DNA from: an uncultured Pelagibacteraceae bacterium
GTDB lineage: Bacteria; Pseudomonadota; Alphaproteobacteria; Pelagibacterales; AG-422-B15
Direction: 5' to 3'
Length of the DNA stretch: 64,000 nt
Assembly (NCBI GenBank): GCA_902526565.1
Contig: CABZLP010000001.1
Span: 64,361 to 128,360 of the forward strand
In this document: positions 1 through 10,680 of the stretch, piece by piece
Numbering within the stretch: the first letter of the stretch is position 1
Layout of the letters: every line of letters starts with the position of its first letter
The notes under the pieces: model-generated
The model's input: the letters and a program-made list of their open reading frames with translations, nothing else
Database searches by the model: none
Told to the model about the DNA's origin: nothing
Program-made: the position numbers and the translations under genes

Positions 1-1038
1 TGCCATATTCGGTGCTGCAACCTTAATCATAGCTATCTCATTTTTAGCAACTTTATTGCCTACCTCATCCATCATTGATGCTGCTTTTAGGGTCAAAAGT
101 CTTGTCATCTCTATATTAATTCGAGCATCAGCAATTCTCTCTTGCCACACAGAATGCCTAACTACCTCTTTTCCAAAAGCTTTACGGCTCATCAATCTTT
201 TGCACATGGCCTCCAGCGCAACTTCCGCAAGTCCAATTGTTCTCATGCAATGATGAATTCGTCCCGGACCAAGCCTGCCTTGAGCGATTTCAAATCCTCT
301 ACCCTCTCCCAACAACATATTTTCAGGTGGTACCTTTACGTCCTTGAACTCTACCTCCGCATGCCCGTGTGGAGCATCATCAAATCCAAAAACTGGCAAA
401 TGTCTTTTTATTTTAATACCTGGCGTATCCTTATCCACTAAAATCATAGACTGTTGTTTATGAATATTTTCATTCTCAGGATCAGTTTTGCCCATAAAAA
501 TGTAAAACTGGCATCTTGGATCCATTGCTCCCGACGTCCACCATTTTGTCCCATTTAAGACATATTGATTGCCCTCTTTTTTTATCTCACTTTCAATATT
601 GGTTGCGTCTGAAGATGCAACAGCTGGTTCTGTCATTGCAAATGCAGATCGAATTTCGCCATTAAGAAGTGGTTTAAGATATTTATCTTTCTGTTCATCA
701 GTTCCGTATCTGACTAGAACTTCCATATTACCTGTATCAGGTGCAGAGCAGTTAAATACTTCTGCAGACCACATAGCTCTTCCCATTATTTCACACATGG
801 GAGCATATTCAGCATTTGACAGTCCATGCCCTAGATCGCTGTCTGGTAAAAACAAATTCCAGAGATCTTCTTTTTTTGCTTCTTTTTTTAAATCTTCAAC
901 TATAGGGACAACCTGCCAACGGTCATTTCCGAAGTCTTCAATTTGCTTATGGTATGTATCATTATTTGGATAGACATTTTTTTCCATAAATCTGTTTAGT
1001 CGATCTGTTGTTTGCTGTGCCTTAGCTGAAATTGTCAT
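1..1038 (-). CDS. Acyl-CoA dehydrogenase (N-terminal ~346 aa; 3' end cut by the window edge)
   Basis: Not in the ORF track because it is truncated. My translation of the minus strand from ATG 1038..1036 gives [25 protein letters not shown]...[17 protein letters not shown]...[23 protein letters not shown], typical of ACAD10/11/FadE-type acyl-CoA dehydrogenases. The ATG overlaps the tadA stop (ATGA). The plus-strand ORFs at 56..973 are antisense to it. Confidence 0.8.
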   Translation of the reverse strand, partial: MTISAKAQQTTDRLNRFMEKNVYPNNDTYHKQIEDFGNDRWQVVPIVEDLKKEAKKEDLWNLFLPDSDLGHGLSNAEYAPMCEIMGRAMWSAEVFNCSAPDTGNMEVLVRYGTDEQKDKYLKPLLNGEIRSAFAMTEPAVASSDATNIESEIKKEGNQYVLNGTKWWTSGAMDPRCQFYIFMGKTDPENENIHKQQSMILVDKDTPGIKIKRHLPVFGFDDAPHGHAEVEFKDVKVPPENMLLGEGRGFEIAQGRLGPGRIHHCMRTIGLAEVALEAMCKRLMSRKAFGKEVVRHSVWQERIADARINIEMTRLLTLKAASMMDEVGNKVAKNEIAMIKVAAPNMA

Positions 1039-1487
1039 GGTCTTTTACCTTTAAAAAAATCGTTTATTAAATTCTCACATTGAATTGTTGAAATACTATC
1101 ATAAATCTCTGGCACATGATTGCAATTTTTTGTTTGAAAAAAATTAAATCCACCGTTGATAGAACCAAAATTCATATCATCTGCTCCATAATATAGTCTT
1201 TTTAACTTAGATTTCGATATTGCGGCGGCACACATTATACAAGGCTCTAAAGTAACATAAATACTGCAATCGATTAAACGCTCAGATTTTAAGGAAGCGC
1301 ATGCTTGCCTTATGGCGTTAATCTCAGCATGAGCAGTGGGATCGTTATCCGCTATAACTTTATTATATGATTGAGAGATTATCTCATTATCTTGATTCAC
1401 AATCACACAACCGACTGGTACCTCTCCCAAATCTAGTCCTTTGTAAGCATTTATTATTGCCTGTTCCATAAATGTATTTTGTGTCAT
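1035..1487 (-). CDS. tadA: tRNA-specific adenosine deaminase
   Basis: 150 aa with the CMP/dCMP-type zinc deaminase motifs HAEINAI and PCIMCAAAI. Confidence 0.85.
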   Translation of the reverse strand: MTQNTFMEQAIINAYKGLDLGEVPVGCVIVNQDNEIISQSYNKVIADNDPTAHAEINAIRQACASLKSERLIDCSIYVTLEPCIMCAAAISKSKLKRLYYGADDMNFGSINGGFNFFQTKNCNHVPEIYDSISTIQCENLINDFFKGKRP

Positions 1488-1536
1488 AAATATTTAATTG
1501 TAGCTTAAATATTGCTCAAAAAACTAAACAATAATA

Positions 1537-2238
1537 ATGGAAAGAATAAATAAAGTACTCGCAAGATCAACTGATTTTTCTCGAAGAGAGATTGATAGTT
1601 TCATTATGGAAGGTCGTATTAAAGTAGATGGGAAATTACTGACTACACAAGGAATAAAAGTTTCTCCAAGTAATAAAATTAGCATTGATGAAACTATAAT
1701 TAAAATTAAGAAAATTACTGAACTAAATTCACTTTATATTTTTCATAAACCTAGGGGATGCTTAGTTACTAAGTCTGATGATAAAAATAGAAAAACGGTT
1801 TATGATTTTTTAGGACCTAAACAAAAAAATTTATTATCAATCGGAAGATTAGATTATAACACTGAGGGTTTATTGCTATTTACAGATAATGGAGAATTTA
1901 AAAGAAAAATGGAATTACCCAAAAATAACATTGAAAGAGTATACAAGGTAAGGGTGCAAGGATTTATTGATAAAAATTTCATAGATAGATTATCAAAAGG
2001 ACTTAAAATAAAGCATATTAAGTACAAGCCTATAAAAGTAAGCCTCATTAGCAAGACTAAGACTTACTCTTGGATTAAAATGTCATTACTCGAGGGCAAG
2101 AACAGAGAAATAAGAAATATTTTCGAATCATTAAATATAACTGTTACTCGGCTCATCCGAATATCTTATGGGGCTTATAAATTAGGATCGTTAGAGAGAA
2201 GTAAATTAAAAAAAGTCAAAATATATGAGAATTATTAG
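1537..2238 (+). CDS. rRNA pseudouridine synthase (RsuA/RluB family, S4 domain at the N-terminus)
   Basis: Has an S4-like N-terminus and the catalytic motif GRLDYNTEGLLLFTDNG. Confidence 0.8.
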   Translation: MERINKVLARSTDFSRREIDSFIMEGRIKVDGKLLTTQGIKVSPSNKISIDETIIKIKKITELNSLYIFHKPRGCLVTKSDDKNRKTVYDFLGPKQKNLLSIGRLDYNTEGLLLFTDNGEFKRKMELPKNNIERVYKVRVQGFIDKNFIDRLSKGLKIKHIKYKPIKVSLISKTKTYSWIKMSLLEGKNREIRNIFESLNITVTRLIRISYGAYKLGSLERSKLKKVKIYENY

Positions 2239-2794
2239 CGGATCAAAAAAAGGACATTCTATTTTTAGTCATAAAGATAAAGATGTTCGACCATTATCTG
2301 ATAAAAATAGAGAAACGATATTTAATATTCTTACGCATGGTAAAGAAATAATTAATACTGGATTTCAAATTGAAAAATCAAATGTTCTAGATTTATTTGC
2401 AGGAACAGGTTCATTTAGTTTTGAAGCTCTATCAAGAGGTGCTAACAGTGCGACAATGGTTGAGAACAACGATCAAATAATTAATCTAATTTATAAGAGT
2501 GCAAATAAATTAGGCTTGATTGATCAAATATCTGTTCTGAACGAAAATGCATGCTCATTTGAATCTATTTCTGATAAGCCAAAGTTTAACTTAGTGTATA
2601 TAGATCCTCCTTATAATAAAAACTTAGTTGCCAGATCTATAAAAAATATCCTAAAGAAAAATCTTATAAACAAAAACTCTATACTGGTTATTGAAGAGGA
2701 AAGAAAATCAAAAGATATATTAATCCCAGAGTTAAAAATAGAAAGAGTTAAAGAGTTAGGTATATCAAAATTTTCTTTCTATAGACTAACTTAA
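2225..2794 (+). CDS. rsmD: 16S rRNA (guanine966-N2)-methyltransferase
   Basis: Starts MRIISGSKKG, with the SAM-binding motif DLFAGTGSFSFEALSRGA and the DPPY motif. It overlaps the upstream gene by 14 nt. Confidence 0.8.
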   Translation: MRIISGSKKGHSIFSHKDKDVRPLSDKNRETIFNILTHGKEIINTGFQIEKSNVLDLFAGTGSFSFEALSRGANSATMVENNDQIINLIYKSANKLGLIDQISVLNENACSFESISDKPKFNLVYIDPPYNKNLVARSIKNILKKNLINKNSILVIEEERKSKDILIPELKIERVKELGISKFSFYRLT

Positions 2795-3808
2795 ATTATT
2801 TTTCTGAAGCTCGATGGCTTCCTGAATAAATGGGTCTACATTAAGAATCTTTGCTAAGAAAATAACTGTTAATATTTCAATACAAAAATAAAAACCTAGC
2901 TCCTTAATATCATTTTCCTTAAATATTGAGACTCTTGGTTTAAGACCTTGTTTTATAAGTGTCTCGTTCATTGCACTCATATGGTTAGAAAGTGTCATAT
3001 TTATTAAATTCACGTTATCACTCTCCATACTCATGATTTCAAAGAATACATTCTTTGGCCCGTCTAGAAATAATTGTAGAATACTATGCTGGTCTCTTGT
3101 CATCTCGGAAACAACTGGCATAAATCCTTTACCATTTTTGCCTAGCGATTCAGCAAAAAGTTGTTTTTTCCAATTACCTACTTCTAGTAATTCATGTCCA
3201 TAAATAAGATATGCTGCGATATTTTTATTGTTTTTCATAGAAAGCCTTAATTGATCAGCCAAATCTTCAGCTAAACCCTTTTCTTCCACAGCTTCTCTGC
3301 CGCCCTCAAGAAAATTTTTGTACAAATTAGAATTAAAATAAAACCCGGGTATAAGAGATGTATTACTGAATATAGAAAATCTTCCTCCTATATCTGGATC
3401 ATGCTCAATAAGCTTTATTGAGTGCTGTAAAGAAAAGTCGTGAAGTTGAGATTGTTTATCTTCGGTTAAAGAAAAAAAGTGATTTGAGATATTTATCTTG
3501 TTTTTGCATTTGTCAATCAAGTAATCAAAAATAGATAATGTTTCTGAAGTTTTACCAGATTTAGAAATGAAAATGAACCCTGTTTTTTCTAAATTCAAAG
3601 TTACGACTAATTTATCAATAATTTCCGAATATAAATGATCAATATAAATTACTCGTATTTCATTTAAAAAGGAATTAATAGCTTTTGAGCCTTGCGTTGA
3701 TCCTCCAAAGCCAATAACAACAATATTTTCAAATTTTTGGGGGATAATTTCGCGAGATAAAAGAAATTTTTTTTCAAGTTTCTCAAAATCTAAGAATGGA
3801 TAATTCAT
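2786..3808 (-). CDS. pgi: Glucose-6-phosphate isomerase (short SIS-domain type)
   Basis: Carries the motifs GFGGSTQGSKA, ISKSGKTSETL, GGRFSIFSN and WKKQLFAESLGK...DQHS. It overlaps rsmD convergently by 9 nt. Confidence 0.65.
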   Translation of the reverse strand: MNYPFLDFEKLEKKFLLSREIIPQKFENIVVIGFGGSTQGSKAINSFLNEIRVIYIDHLYSEIIDKLVVTLNLEKTGFIFISKSGKTSETLSIFDYLIDKCKNKINISNHFFSLTEDKQSQLHDFSLQHSIKLIEHDPDIGGRFSIFSNTSLIPGFYFNSNLYKNFLEGGREAVEEKGLAEDLADQLRLSMKNNKNIAAYLIYGHELLEVGNWKKQLFAESLGKNGKGFMPVVSEMTRDQHSILQLFLDGPKNVFFEIMSMESDNVNLINMTLSNHMSAMNETLIKQGLKPRVSIFKENDIKELGFYFCIEILTVIFLAKILNVDPFIQEAIELQKNNLS

Positions 3809-3810
3809 CT

Positions 3811-4806
3811 TTATACTGGAGTTTCCTCTTCGATTAAAACTTCATCAATTTGTCTTTCAAACTCCCTTAGTCTCTTATAAACACTTGCGAGCTCAATTAT
3901 AGTAGGCCATGCTTTTAGAAGATACTGCATTGATCCCTCAACTCTTCCAAATGCCCTGATTATTTGCTGCATAACGCCAAGAGTAACAACGCCTGCAACA
4001 ATTGCAGGTGCTAAAAATACATATGCTGATAAAACATTTGCCTGCAAAAATGCAACACGGCCAATGTCAAAGTAAAGGTATCTTATATAGCTTAAAAAAT
4101 GTATCTGCCTTACATCATCAAACAATTCCTCAAGAGTTTTTGGCCTAACAGTCTCATCATCCTCAGCAATTACTAACATTTTTCTATATGCAGCTTCCTG
4201 TTTTTGAAGATCATATTCAATTCCAACTAGTCTTAAAATCAAACCAAGAATAATTAAAAATAATGTACCACCAATTGACCACACCAACGCCCCGACAACT
4301 AAACCATATTCCCATTCACCAAAGAAAAATATTGGAATTCCAATGCTGAGGCCAAATAAAATTGGCATAAATTCTACCAGTATCATTAATGCCTCGATCA
4401 AACTCGTTCCAAGAGACTCCATGATTCTTGAGAATTTAATTGTGTCTTCTTGAACTCTCTGTGAGGCCCCTTCAATTTTGCGGGCTTTGTCATAAACAGA
4501 ATGATACCATTCTACCATTGCGGTTCTCCACCTAAATAGAAAATGATTAGTAAAATAACTTACAAGAACTGCAACAGCCACATACATGCCAGCTAACGTT
4601 ATAAATGATAAAAGACTTGCCCAATATTCTTCTATAGTAATTACGTTAGGAGCTGACAACGCCTCTTGTATCATGTCATAAAATTCACCGAACCATTCAT
4701 TGATTTTTACGTCAATTTGCACCTGAACCCATAATGATGATAAAATAATTGCTGAACCAATATATGCCCAGTAAAACCATTTTGGATCTTTAAAAAACTT
4801 AAACAT
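3811..4806 (-). CDS. SbmA/BacA-like inner-membrane transporter
   Basis: Long stretches collinear with E. coli SbmA as I recall it: FRWRTAM..W, IEGASQRVQEDT..F, EAAYRK, YFDIGR, VAG..TLG.M.Q, and YKRLREFE near the C-terminus. Confidence 0.8.
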   Translation of the reverse strand: MFKFFKDPKWFYWAYIGSAIILSSLWVQVQIDVKINEWFGEFYDMIQEALSAPNVITIEEYWASLLSFITLAGMYVAVAVLVSYFTNHFLFRWRTAMVEWYHSVYDKARKIEGASQRVQEDTIKFSRIMESLGTSLIEALMILVEFMPILFGLSIGIPIFFFGEWEYGLVVGALVWSIGGTLFLIILGLILRLVGIEYDLQKQEAAYRKMLVIAEDDETVRPKTLEELFDDVRQIHFLSYIRYLYFDIGRVAFLQANVLSAYVFLAPAIVAGVVTLGVMQQIIRAFGRVEGSMQYLLKAWPTIIELASVYKRLREFERQIDEVLIEEETPV

Positions 4807-4817
4807 TTATAGAATAT

Positions 4818-5480
4818 TTAATTTGAATATGAATTGAGTAAATCATCCACTCTATTCAATAGATCATTTAAATCTTGGTCATCATTGTAAACTGTAGGAT
4901 CGTCATAAACTTCCCCTTCAATAATCTCAGGCTTCAACTGCTCTTCTTCTGGAAGCGATGTAATATCATCTACATTTGATAACTCATCGAGCAACTTTTT
5001 TTCAGTAAAATTGGTTTCTTGAGACTCATTAGTTTGGGTTTGATCATCTTGAATCATCTCTTCCGTATCATTTGTATCTTCGACATCAGTGGCCTGATCA
5101 GGTAAATCTTCATTTACCAAAACATCAAGGGATTCAGTATCGTCATTTGTATTTACTTCATTTGACGCTTCTTCTTTTTCATTATTAACAAAATTACTAT
5201 CAATGAAATCTTCTAAAGATGAACTCTCAGTCTTTTCACTAGTTGTTGCACTATTATCACTTGTTAGTATGTCTTCAATATCTTCTACCACTTCTTCATT
5301 TGGCAGCTCTTCACTTGCAGAGTCGTCATTTACAACTGGGGGTGATAACTCAAAGTCAGGGGGTATTTCTAGTGCTTTTTGCTTAAGTGAAGTATAATCT
5401 CTTACTGTATTATTAGAACAAGAAATAAGTAGAAAAAAAACTATCAATAGAAAGTATTGACTGGCTATTTCATATTTCAT
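4818..5480 (-). CDS. Highly acidic low-complexity lipoprotein (possibly DUF3035/BamF-like)
   Basis: Has a signal peptide with lipobox LLISC, then the motif IPPDFELSPP, then a ~170-aa D/E/N/S/T-rich region. It overlaps the lspA 3' end by 11 nt. The BamF/DUF3035 assignment is from memory of the motif and of the position after lspA. Confidence 0.55.
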   Translation of the reverse strand: MKYEIASQYFLLIVFFLLISCSNNTVRDYTSLKQKALEIPPDFELSPPVVNDDSASEELPNEEVVEDIEDILTSDNSATTSEKTESSSLEDFIDSNFVNNEKEEASNEVNTNDDTESLDVLVNEDLPDQATDVEDTNDTEEMIQDDQTQTNESQETNFTEKKLLDELSNVDDITSLPEEEQLKPEIIEGEVYDDPTVYNDDQDLNDLLNRVDDLLNSYSN

Positions 5481-5973
5481 TTTTTTTCTTTCTATTTGAA
5501 AACAATTCTAAAATTATTATTAGAATACATCCAAGAGTTATATTTATATCAGCAATATTAAATACATACCAATGGAAATTATTATAATGCACGTCAATAA
5601 AATCCAATACTGCTGCATACTGATAACGATCAAAAAGATTGCCTAATGCACCTCCAATTATTAAACTAAAACCATAATAATAAACTTTGCTATTAATAGT
5701 TAAGGCGTAAATAAACACCACAACAATAATTACAGCCATTAAAATCATATAAATATTATTTACAGTCCTTATGTCATTTTGAAATAAGCCAAAGGCAAAG
5801 CCTTTATTCCAAATTAAATATAAGTTTAAGTATTCATTGATTGAGGTTAAATATTGAGAACTAAGATTTTCAACATCAATGTTGTAAAGATGTATAATTA
5901 TATTTTTACTTATTTGATCAAGAGCAAAAAAAAATAAAATCAATAAAAAAAATTTAGAAAGTTTATAAATCAT
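5470..5973 (-). CDS. lspA: Lipoprotein signal peptidase (signal peptidase II)
   Basis: 167 aa with four TM segments and the motifs NKGFAFG and FNIAD. It sits immediately downstream of ileS. Confidence 0.85.
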   Translation of the reverse strand: MIYKLSKFFLLILFFFALDQISKNIIIHLYNIDVENLSSQYLTSINEYLNLYLIWNKGFAFGLFQNDIRTVNNIYMILMAVIIVVVFIYALTINSKVYYYGFSLIIGGALGNLFDRYQYAAVLDFIDVHYNNFHWYVFNIADINITLGCILIIILELFSNRKKKNEI

Positions 5974-8784
5974 TTATTTACAAACAACTTGCTCGCATCG
6001 TGCACACATATCCTTAAATAAATTTGGATAATATTTCCAGCATCTCTCACACTTATTGCCATCAACTTTCTTAACTACAATACCTACATCTTTATCTGAC
6101 TCAGATATGTATGAGCTTTCTGGTGGTGATTCGTTTAAAATTGTTAATTCACTAATTATTGATATATTTTTAAGTGTATCACTATCAATTTCATTAAAAC
6201 TTCTAATTGAGTAAAGCATTACAGACGCTTCAAGGCTTGAACCAATAACTTTTTCTTTTCTCTTTACCTCAATTGCACCATTTATTGCTTTACGCAGTTG
6301 CTTATATAATTCCCATTTTTTTGTTAAATCTTCATTTATCAAATTACTCTCTAAAGCTGGAAAATCAACCTCATGAACACTCGATTGTTTTCCAAGCCTA
6401 CTTTGCCAAGCCTCCTCAGCAGTGAAGCAAAGAATGGGTGCTAGTAAACTAAGCAAATTATAGAATAACTTATCTAATACTGTTCGAGTAGACTTTCTGA
6501 TATGACTGTCCTGTGCCTCGCAATACAAAGCATCTTTTTTTATATCAAAATAAAATGAGGATAAATCATTTGTACAAAAATTAAATATTGCTGAAAATAC
6601 TTTTTGATATTCAAATATTTTATAATTTTCTAATACTTCTTTTTTTAACTCCTCTAACTGAGATAATACATATTGATCAAGCTCACTAAGTTCTGCATGT
6701 GAAATTTTTTCATTATCATTAAATTCAGATAAGTTTCCAAGAATGAAACGTAATGTATTCCTCAGTCTCCTGTAGCTATCTACGTTACTCTTCATTATCT
6801 CTGGCCCTATTTTTAGGTCTTCAGAATAATCGCTGCTTGCAACCCATAGTCTTAAAATATCTGCTCCAGATTTATTTATAATTTCATCAGGTGAAACTAT
6901 ATTAGCTGAAGACTTACTCATTTTTAGTCCATCTTCGTGAAGAACAAAACCATGCGTCAAGACCGACTCGTAAGGGGCAATCCCTCTGGTACCACATGAC
7001 TCCAAAAGTGAGGAGTGGAACCATCCTCTATGTTGATCAGTGCCTTCTAAATAAAGAGAGGCAGGCCACATTTGATCTTCCTTTTCATCTAAAACAAAAG
7101 AATGTGTACAGCCAGAATCAAACCAAACATCAAGAATATCATCAACTTTTTTATAGTCATTTGGATCGTACTTATCTCCCAAAAATTCTTCTTTAGAGTA
7201 TTTAAACCAAGCGTCTGATCCTTCTTCTCTATACAAATCAATTATTTTTTGATTAATCTCTTTATCCATTAGAGGTTGTCCAGTTTCTATGTGGTAGAAT
7301 ATTGATAAGGGAACTCCCCAAGCTCTCTGCCTTGAAACAACCCAATCAGGTCTATCTTCAATCATCGAATATATTCTATTCTTACCTTGTTTAGGGAACC
7401 AATTAACTTTATCAATTTCATTAAGTGCCGTTAACCTTAATCCATTCTTTTCCATACTAATAAACCACTGAGGAGTATTTCTGAATATGACAGGAGCTTT
7501 AGATCTCCATGAATGAGGATAGCTGTGCCTTAGTGATCCTTTACCTGCAAGATTATTATGATTTTTTAGCTCAACAATCACTGCTACATTCGCATCTGCA
7601 TCAGAGCCATCATCATTAAATACTTTTTTGCCTTTAAAAAGTGGAACATGGTCAAAATATTGACCATTCTCATCCACTGTTTCCGGAACTTCCACATTAT
7701 TTGCAATGCCTAAATTATAATCATCTGCTCCATGACCTGGAGCTATATGAACAAATCCACTTCCTTGTTCTAAAGTTACAAAATCAGCATCAAATAATTT
7801 AACTTCAAAATCATAACCTGAATCTCTGAGAGGATGCCCACAAACTATTTGATCTAAATCTTTAATTTCTCTAATTTTTGTGAACTCTTTTACTTTGCAC
7901 TGAGTTCTTACATTATCTATCAATTCATCAGCAATAATAATTTGCTCTCCTTCATTTAATAGACTGTTTTCTTCTAATCCATTAACAGAATAAATTGAAT
8001 AACTTATATCTTTACTAAAAGCTATGGCTCGATTTGCTGGTATAGTCCATGGAGTTGTAGTCCAAATAATAACCGAAGTATTTACTTCATTATTTTCCAA
8101 TGACGAAATAACTGGAAATTTTACAAAAATTGTTATCGATTTATGTTCTTTATATTCGATCTCAGCTTCAGCTAATGCGGTCTTTTCAACTGTTGACCAC
8201 ATAACAGGTTTAGAGCCACGATATAAACTCTCATTTTCCAAAAATTTGAAAAACTCCTTCACAATTGTAGACTCAGCCTCGTAAGACATTGTAGTGTAAG
8301 GATTGAACCAATCTCCAGTTACTCCCAGCCTAATAAATTCCGATCTCTGAATATCAATCCACTTTTTAGCAAATTCCCTACATTCTTTTCTAAATTGAAG
8401 GATATCTACTTCATCTTTATCTTTTCCTTTTTCTCGATATTGTTCTTCAATCTTCCACTCTATCGGAAGACCATGACAGTCCCAGCCAGGAATATATGAA
8501 CTGTTATGCCCAAGCATTTGCTGTGACCGAACAACAAAATCTTTTAAAACTTTATTTAAAGCGTGCCCCATATGAAGATGACCATTTGCATATGGTGGGC
8601 CATCATGAAGTACAAATTTTTTTCGGTCCTTAGAATTGTTTCTTAATTTTTGATAAAGATTATTTCTATCCCAATCCTCTAATATGCCTGGCTCTTGTTC
8701 AGGCAGCCCGGCCCGCATAGCAAAAGAAGTTTTAGGCAAAAACAAAGTTTCACTAAAATCTATTTTATCATCTTTAGCGGTCAT
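5974..8784 (-). CDS. ileS: Isoleucine--tRNA ligase
   Basis: 936 aa with the class I signatures HMGH and KMSKS and a C-terminal zinc-finger CERCW...CARC. Confidence 0.97.
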   Translation of the reverse strand: MTAKDDKIDFSETLFLPKTSFAMRAGLPEQEPGILEDWDRNNLYQKLRNNSKDRKKFVLHDGPPYANGHLHMGHALNKVLKDFVVRSQQMLGHNSSYIPGWDCHGLPIEWKIEEQYREKGKDKDEVDILQFRKECREFAKKWIDIQRSEFIRLGVTGDWFNPYTTMSYEAESTIVKEFFKFLENESLYRGSKPVMWSTVEKTALAEAEIEYKEHKSITIFVKFPVISSLENNEVNTSVIIWTTTPWTIPANRAIAFSKDISYSIYSVNGLEENSLLNEGEQIIIADELIDNVRTQCKVKEFTKIREIKDLDQIVCGHPLRDSGYDFEVKLFDADFVTLEQGSGFVHIAPGHGADDYNLGIANNVEVPETVDENGQYFDHVPLFKGKKVFNDDGSDADANVAVIVELKNHNNLAGKGSLRHSYPHSWRSKAPVIFRNTPQWFISMEKNGLRLTALNEIDKVNWFPKQGKNRIYSMIEDRPDWVVSRQRAWGVPLSIFYHIETGQPLMDKEINQKIIDLYREEGSDAWFKYSKEEFLGDKYDPNDYKKVDDILDVWFDSGCTHSFVLDEKEDQMWPASLYLEGTDQHRGWFHSSLLESCGTRGIAPYESVLTHGFVLHEDGLKMSKSSANIVSPDEIINKSGADILRLWVASSDYSEDLKIGPEIMKSNVDSYRRLRNTLRFILGNLSEFNDNEKISHAELSELDQYVLSQLEELKKEVLENYKIFEYQKVFSAIFNFCTNDLSSFYFDIKKDALYCEAQDSHIRKSTRTVLDKLFYNLLSLLAPILCFTAEEAWQSRLGKQSSVHEVDFPALESNLINEDLTKKWELYKQLRKAINGAIEVKRKEKVIGSSLEASVMLYSIRSFNEIDSDTLKNISIISELTILNESPPESSYISESDKDVGIVVKKVDGNKCERCWKYYPNLFKDMCARCEQVVCK

Positions 8785-8788
8785 TTTA

Positions 8789-9748
8789 TTAATTTAAGAT
8801 TTTCTTAGCTTTGGATATATCTATTTTCAATTGATTTTTTAATGAATCTATTCCAGAAAACTTTTTTTCTTTCCTTATGAAGTCAATAAATTCTACTTTT
8901 AATGAAGAATTATAAATATTCAAATTAAAATTAAACAAGTGAACCTCTAATAAGGGCTTATTTTTATCAAAAGTCGGTCTGACTCCAAAATTGGCAATTC
9001 CCTTATAATTCTTTCCCTTTGCACTCTTGTTCATTACTTGTGCACGAACAGCATAAACCCCATGGTTAGGCTGAATATATACATCAATTTTAAGGTTTGC
9101 TGTTGGAACTCCTATTGTTCGCCCCCTTTGATCACCTTTCATTACTCTAGAGACAATTGTAAACGGCGCCCCAAGAAATTTGTTGGCAAGTTTAACCTCT
9201 CCTCTTTGAATTAAAGCTCTTATGTTTGATGAAGAGTAAATTTTCATTTTTGTTTTTTTGTGAAGGATTTTATTTGTTTCCACTAAATTTATGGGTGTCA
9301 CATTAAATGAATGTTCTTTTCCAAAATTTGATAGAAACCGATAGTCGCCAGATCTTTTAATGCCAAACCTAAAATTTTTACCAACAAAAATATGCTTCAT
9401 AGCTATGCCTGAAAAAAGAATTTTTTTACAAAATAATCTAGGCGTCATTGTTGCAATGCTCTTATTGAACTTTAAGACAATCGCATAATCAATTTTATGG
9501 GATTTTAAAATTTCTAGACGCGTATCAACTTGTGTCAACAAAAAACCTTTATTATCCTTTTCAAAATACCTCCTAGGATGAGGATCAAAAAGTAATACTC
9601 CAACTTTTGCAGCTTTTTTTTTACTAAGTTTCTTGGCTAACGATATTATTGATTGGTGACCTTTATGAACACCATCAAGGTTACCAATTATTAGGATAGA
9701 GTCTTTCGTATAATTATACGTCGTTTTAAGATCTTTAAATATTTTCAC
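8789..9748 (-). CDS. ribF: Bifunctional riboflavin kinase / FMN adenylyltransferase
   Basis: 319 aa with GNLDGVHKGHQ and PTANL motifs, upstream of ileS as in the classical ribF-ileS-lspA arrangement. Confidence 0.9.
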   Translation of the reverse strand: MKIFKDLKTTYNYTKDSILIIGNLDGVHKGHQSIISLAKKLSKKKAAKVGVLLFDPHPRRYFEKDNKGFLLTQVDTRLEILKSHKIDYAIVLKFNKSIATMTPRLFCKKILFSGIAMKHIFVGKNFRFGIKRSGDYRFLSNFGKEHSFNVTPINLVETNKILHKKTKMKIYSSSNIRALIQRGEVKLANKFLGAPFTIVSRVMKGDQRGRTIGVPTANLKIDVYIQPNHGVYAVRAQVMNKSAKGKNYKGIANFGVRPTFDKNKPLLEVHLFNFNLNIYNSSLKVEFIDFIRKEKKFSGIDSLKNQLKIDISKAKKILN

Positions 9749-9754
9749 TTTAAT

Positions 9755-10621
9755 TCACTTTAGAAAATCAGAAACTGTGATTTCTTTTGTATCTCTTGAA
9801 AGAATATTTTTCACAAGATTGCTAATATCTTCAATGTTTTTTTTACCTGATATTTGATCCTTATGTATACCATTCATAATAAAGACAAAATCCAAATTAA
9901 AGTTTTGTGCACCAAGACAGTCGGTTTTAATACTGTCCCCGATTGCAAGGATATCTGACTTATTTTTAATATTATTCATATTTTTCAAATCTTGAAAAGC
10001 TTGGTCATAAATTTCAACGTATGGTTTTCCATAATATACTACTTTGCCACCAAGTTTTTCATAATATTTGCCTAAAGCTCCAGCACAAAAGATAGAGTTT
10101 ACTCCTCGATAAACAATTTCATCAGGATTTACACATACAATAGGTTTTTCTTTCTCAATGAAGTCATTAAATAAATCATTATAATCTTTAGGAGTTTCAA
10201 AGCTGTCATCGTAAAGTCCTGTTGTTAAAATGAAATCTGCCTCATTAATACTATCTACCTTACTAATATTTATATTTTCTAATAGATCATAGTCCTTAGT
10301 TGGCCCTAGATGAAAATAACTTTCACCATGAATTTTTTTATTAACAAACTTCGTTCCTATGTCTCCAGAGGTATAAATATCTTTATAAAGATCGGGATTA
10401 AGTCCAAGTTTATTTGTCAAACCCTCCTGAACAACATAATTAGGACGCGGAGCATTAGAAATCAAATAAACATCAATTCCATGCTCCTTCATGCGTTCAA
10501 GATAATTGAGAGCGCTAGCATAAATTTCAACACCGTTATGAATTACTCCCCAGAGATCACATAAAATTGCTTTATAGGATAGTGAATAACTCTCAACACT
10601 CTTAACTTTATTAATATTCAT
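9755..10621 (-). CDS. HAD-superfamily class IIA hydrolase (TIGR01459-like)
   Basis: Has the DLWGV nucleophile motif, ISNAPR, and GDSIKTD near the C-terminus. Confidence 0.7.
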   Translation of the reverse strand: MNINKVKSVESYSLSYKAILCDLWGVIHNGVEIYASALNYLERMKEHGIDVYLISNAPRPNYVVQEGLTNKLGLNPDLYKDIYTSGDIGTKFVNKKIHGESYFHLGPTKDYDLLENINISKVDSINEADFILTTGLYDDSFETPKDYNDLFNDFIEKEKPIVCVNPDEIVYRGVNSIFCAGALGKYYEKLGGKVVYYGKPYVEIYDQAFQDLKNMNNIKNKSDILAIGDSIKTDCLGAQNFNLDFVFIMNGIHKDQISGKKNIEDISNLVKNILSRDTKEITVSDFLK

Positions 10622-10680
10622 ATTTTTATTGAAATTATTTTATTAACTTATAATCTTTTTTTAAATCAGTTCGTAATTAA

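Noticed and set aside
56-973. Three plus-strand ORFs (56..253, 142..441, 569..973) from the ORF track.
   Set aside because: They lie antisense to a continuous minus-strand reading frame with clear acyl-CoA dehydrogenase motifs. They show low-complexity translation and no recognisable motifs.
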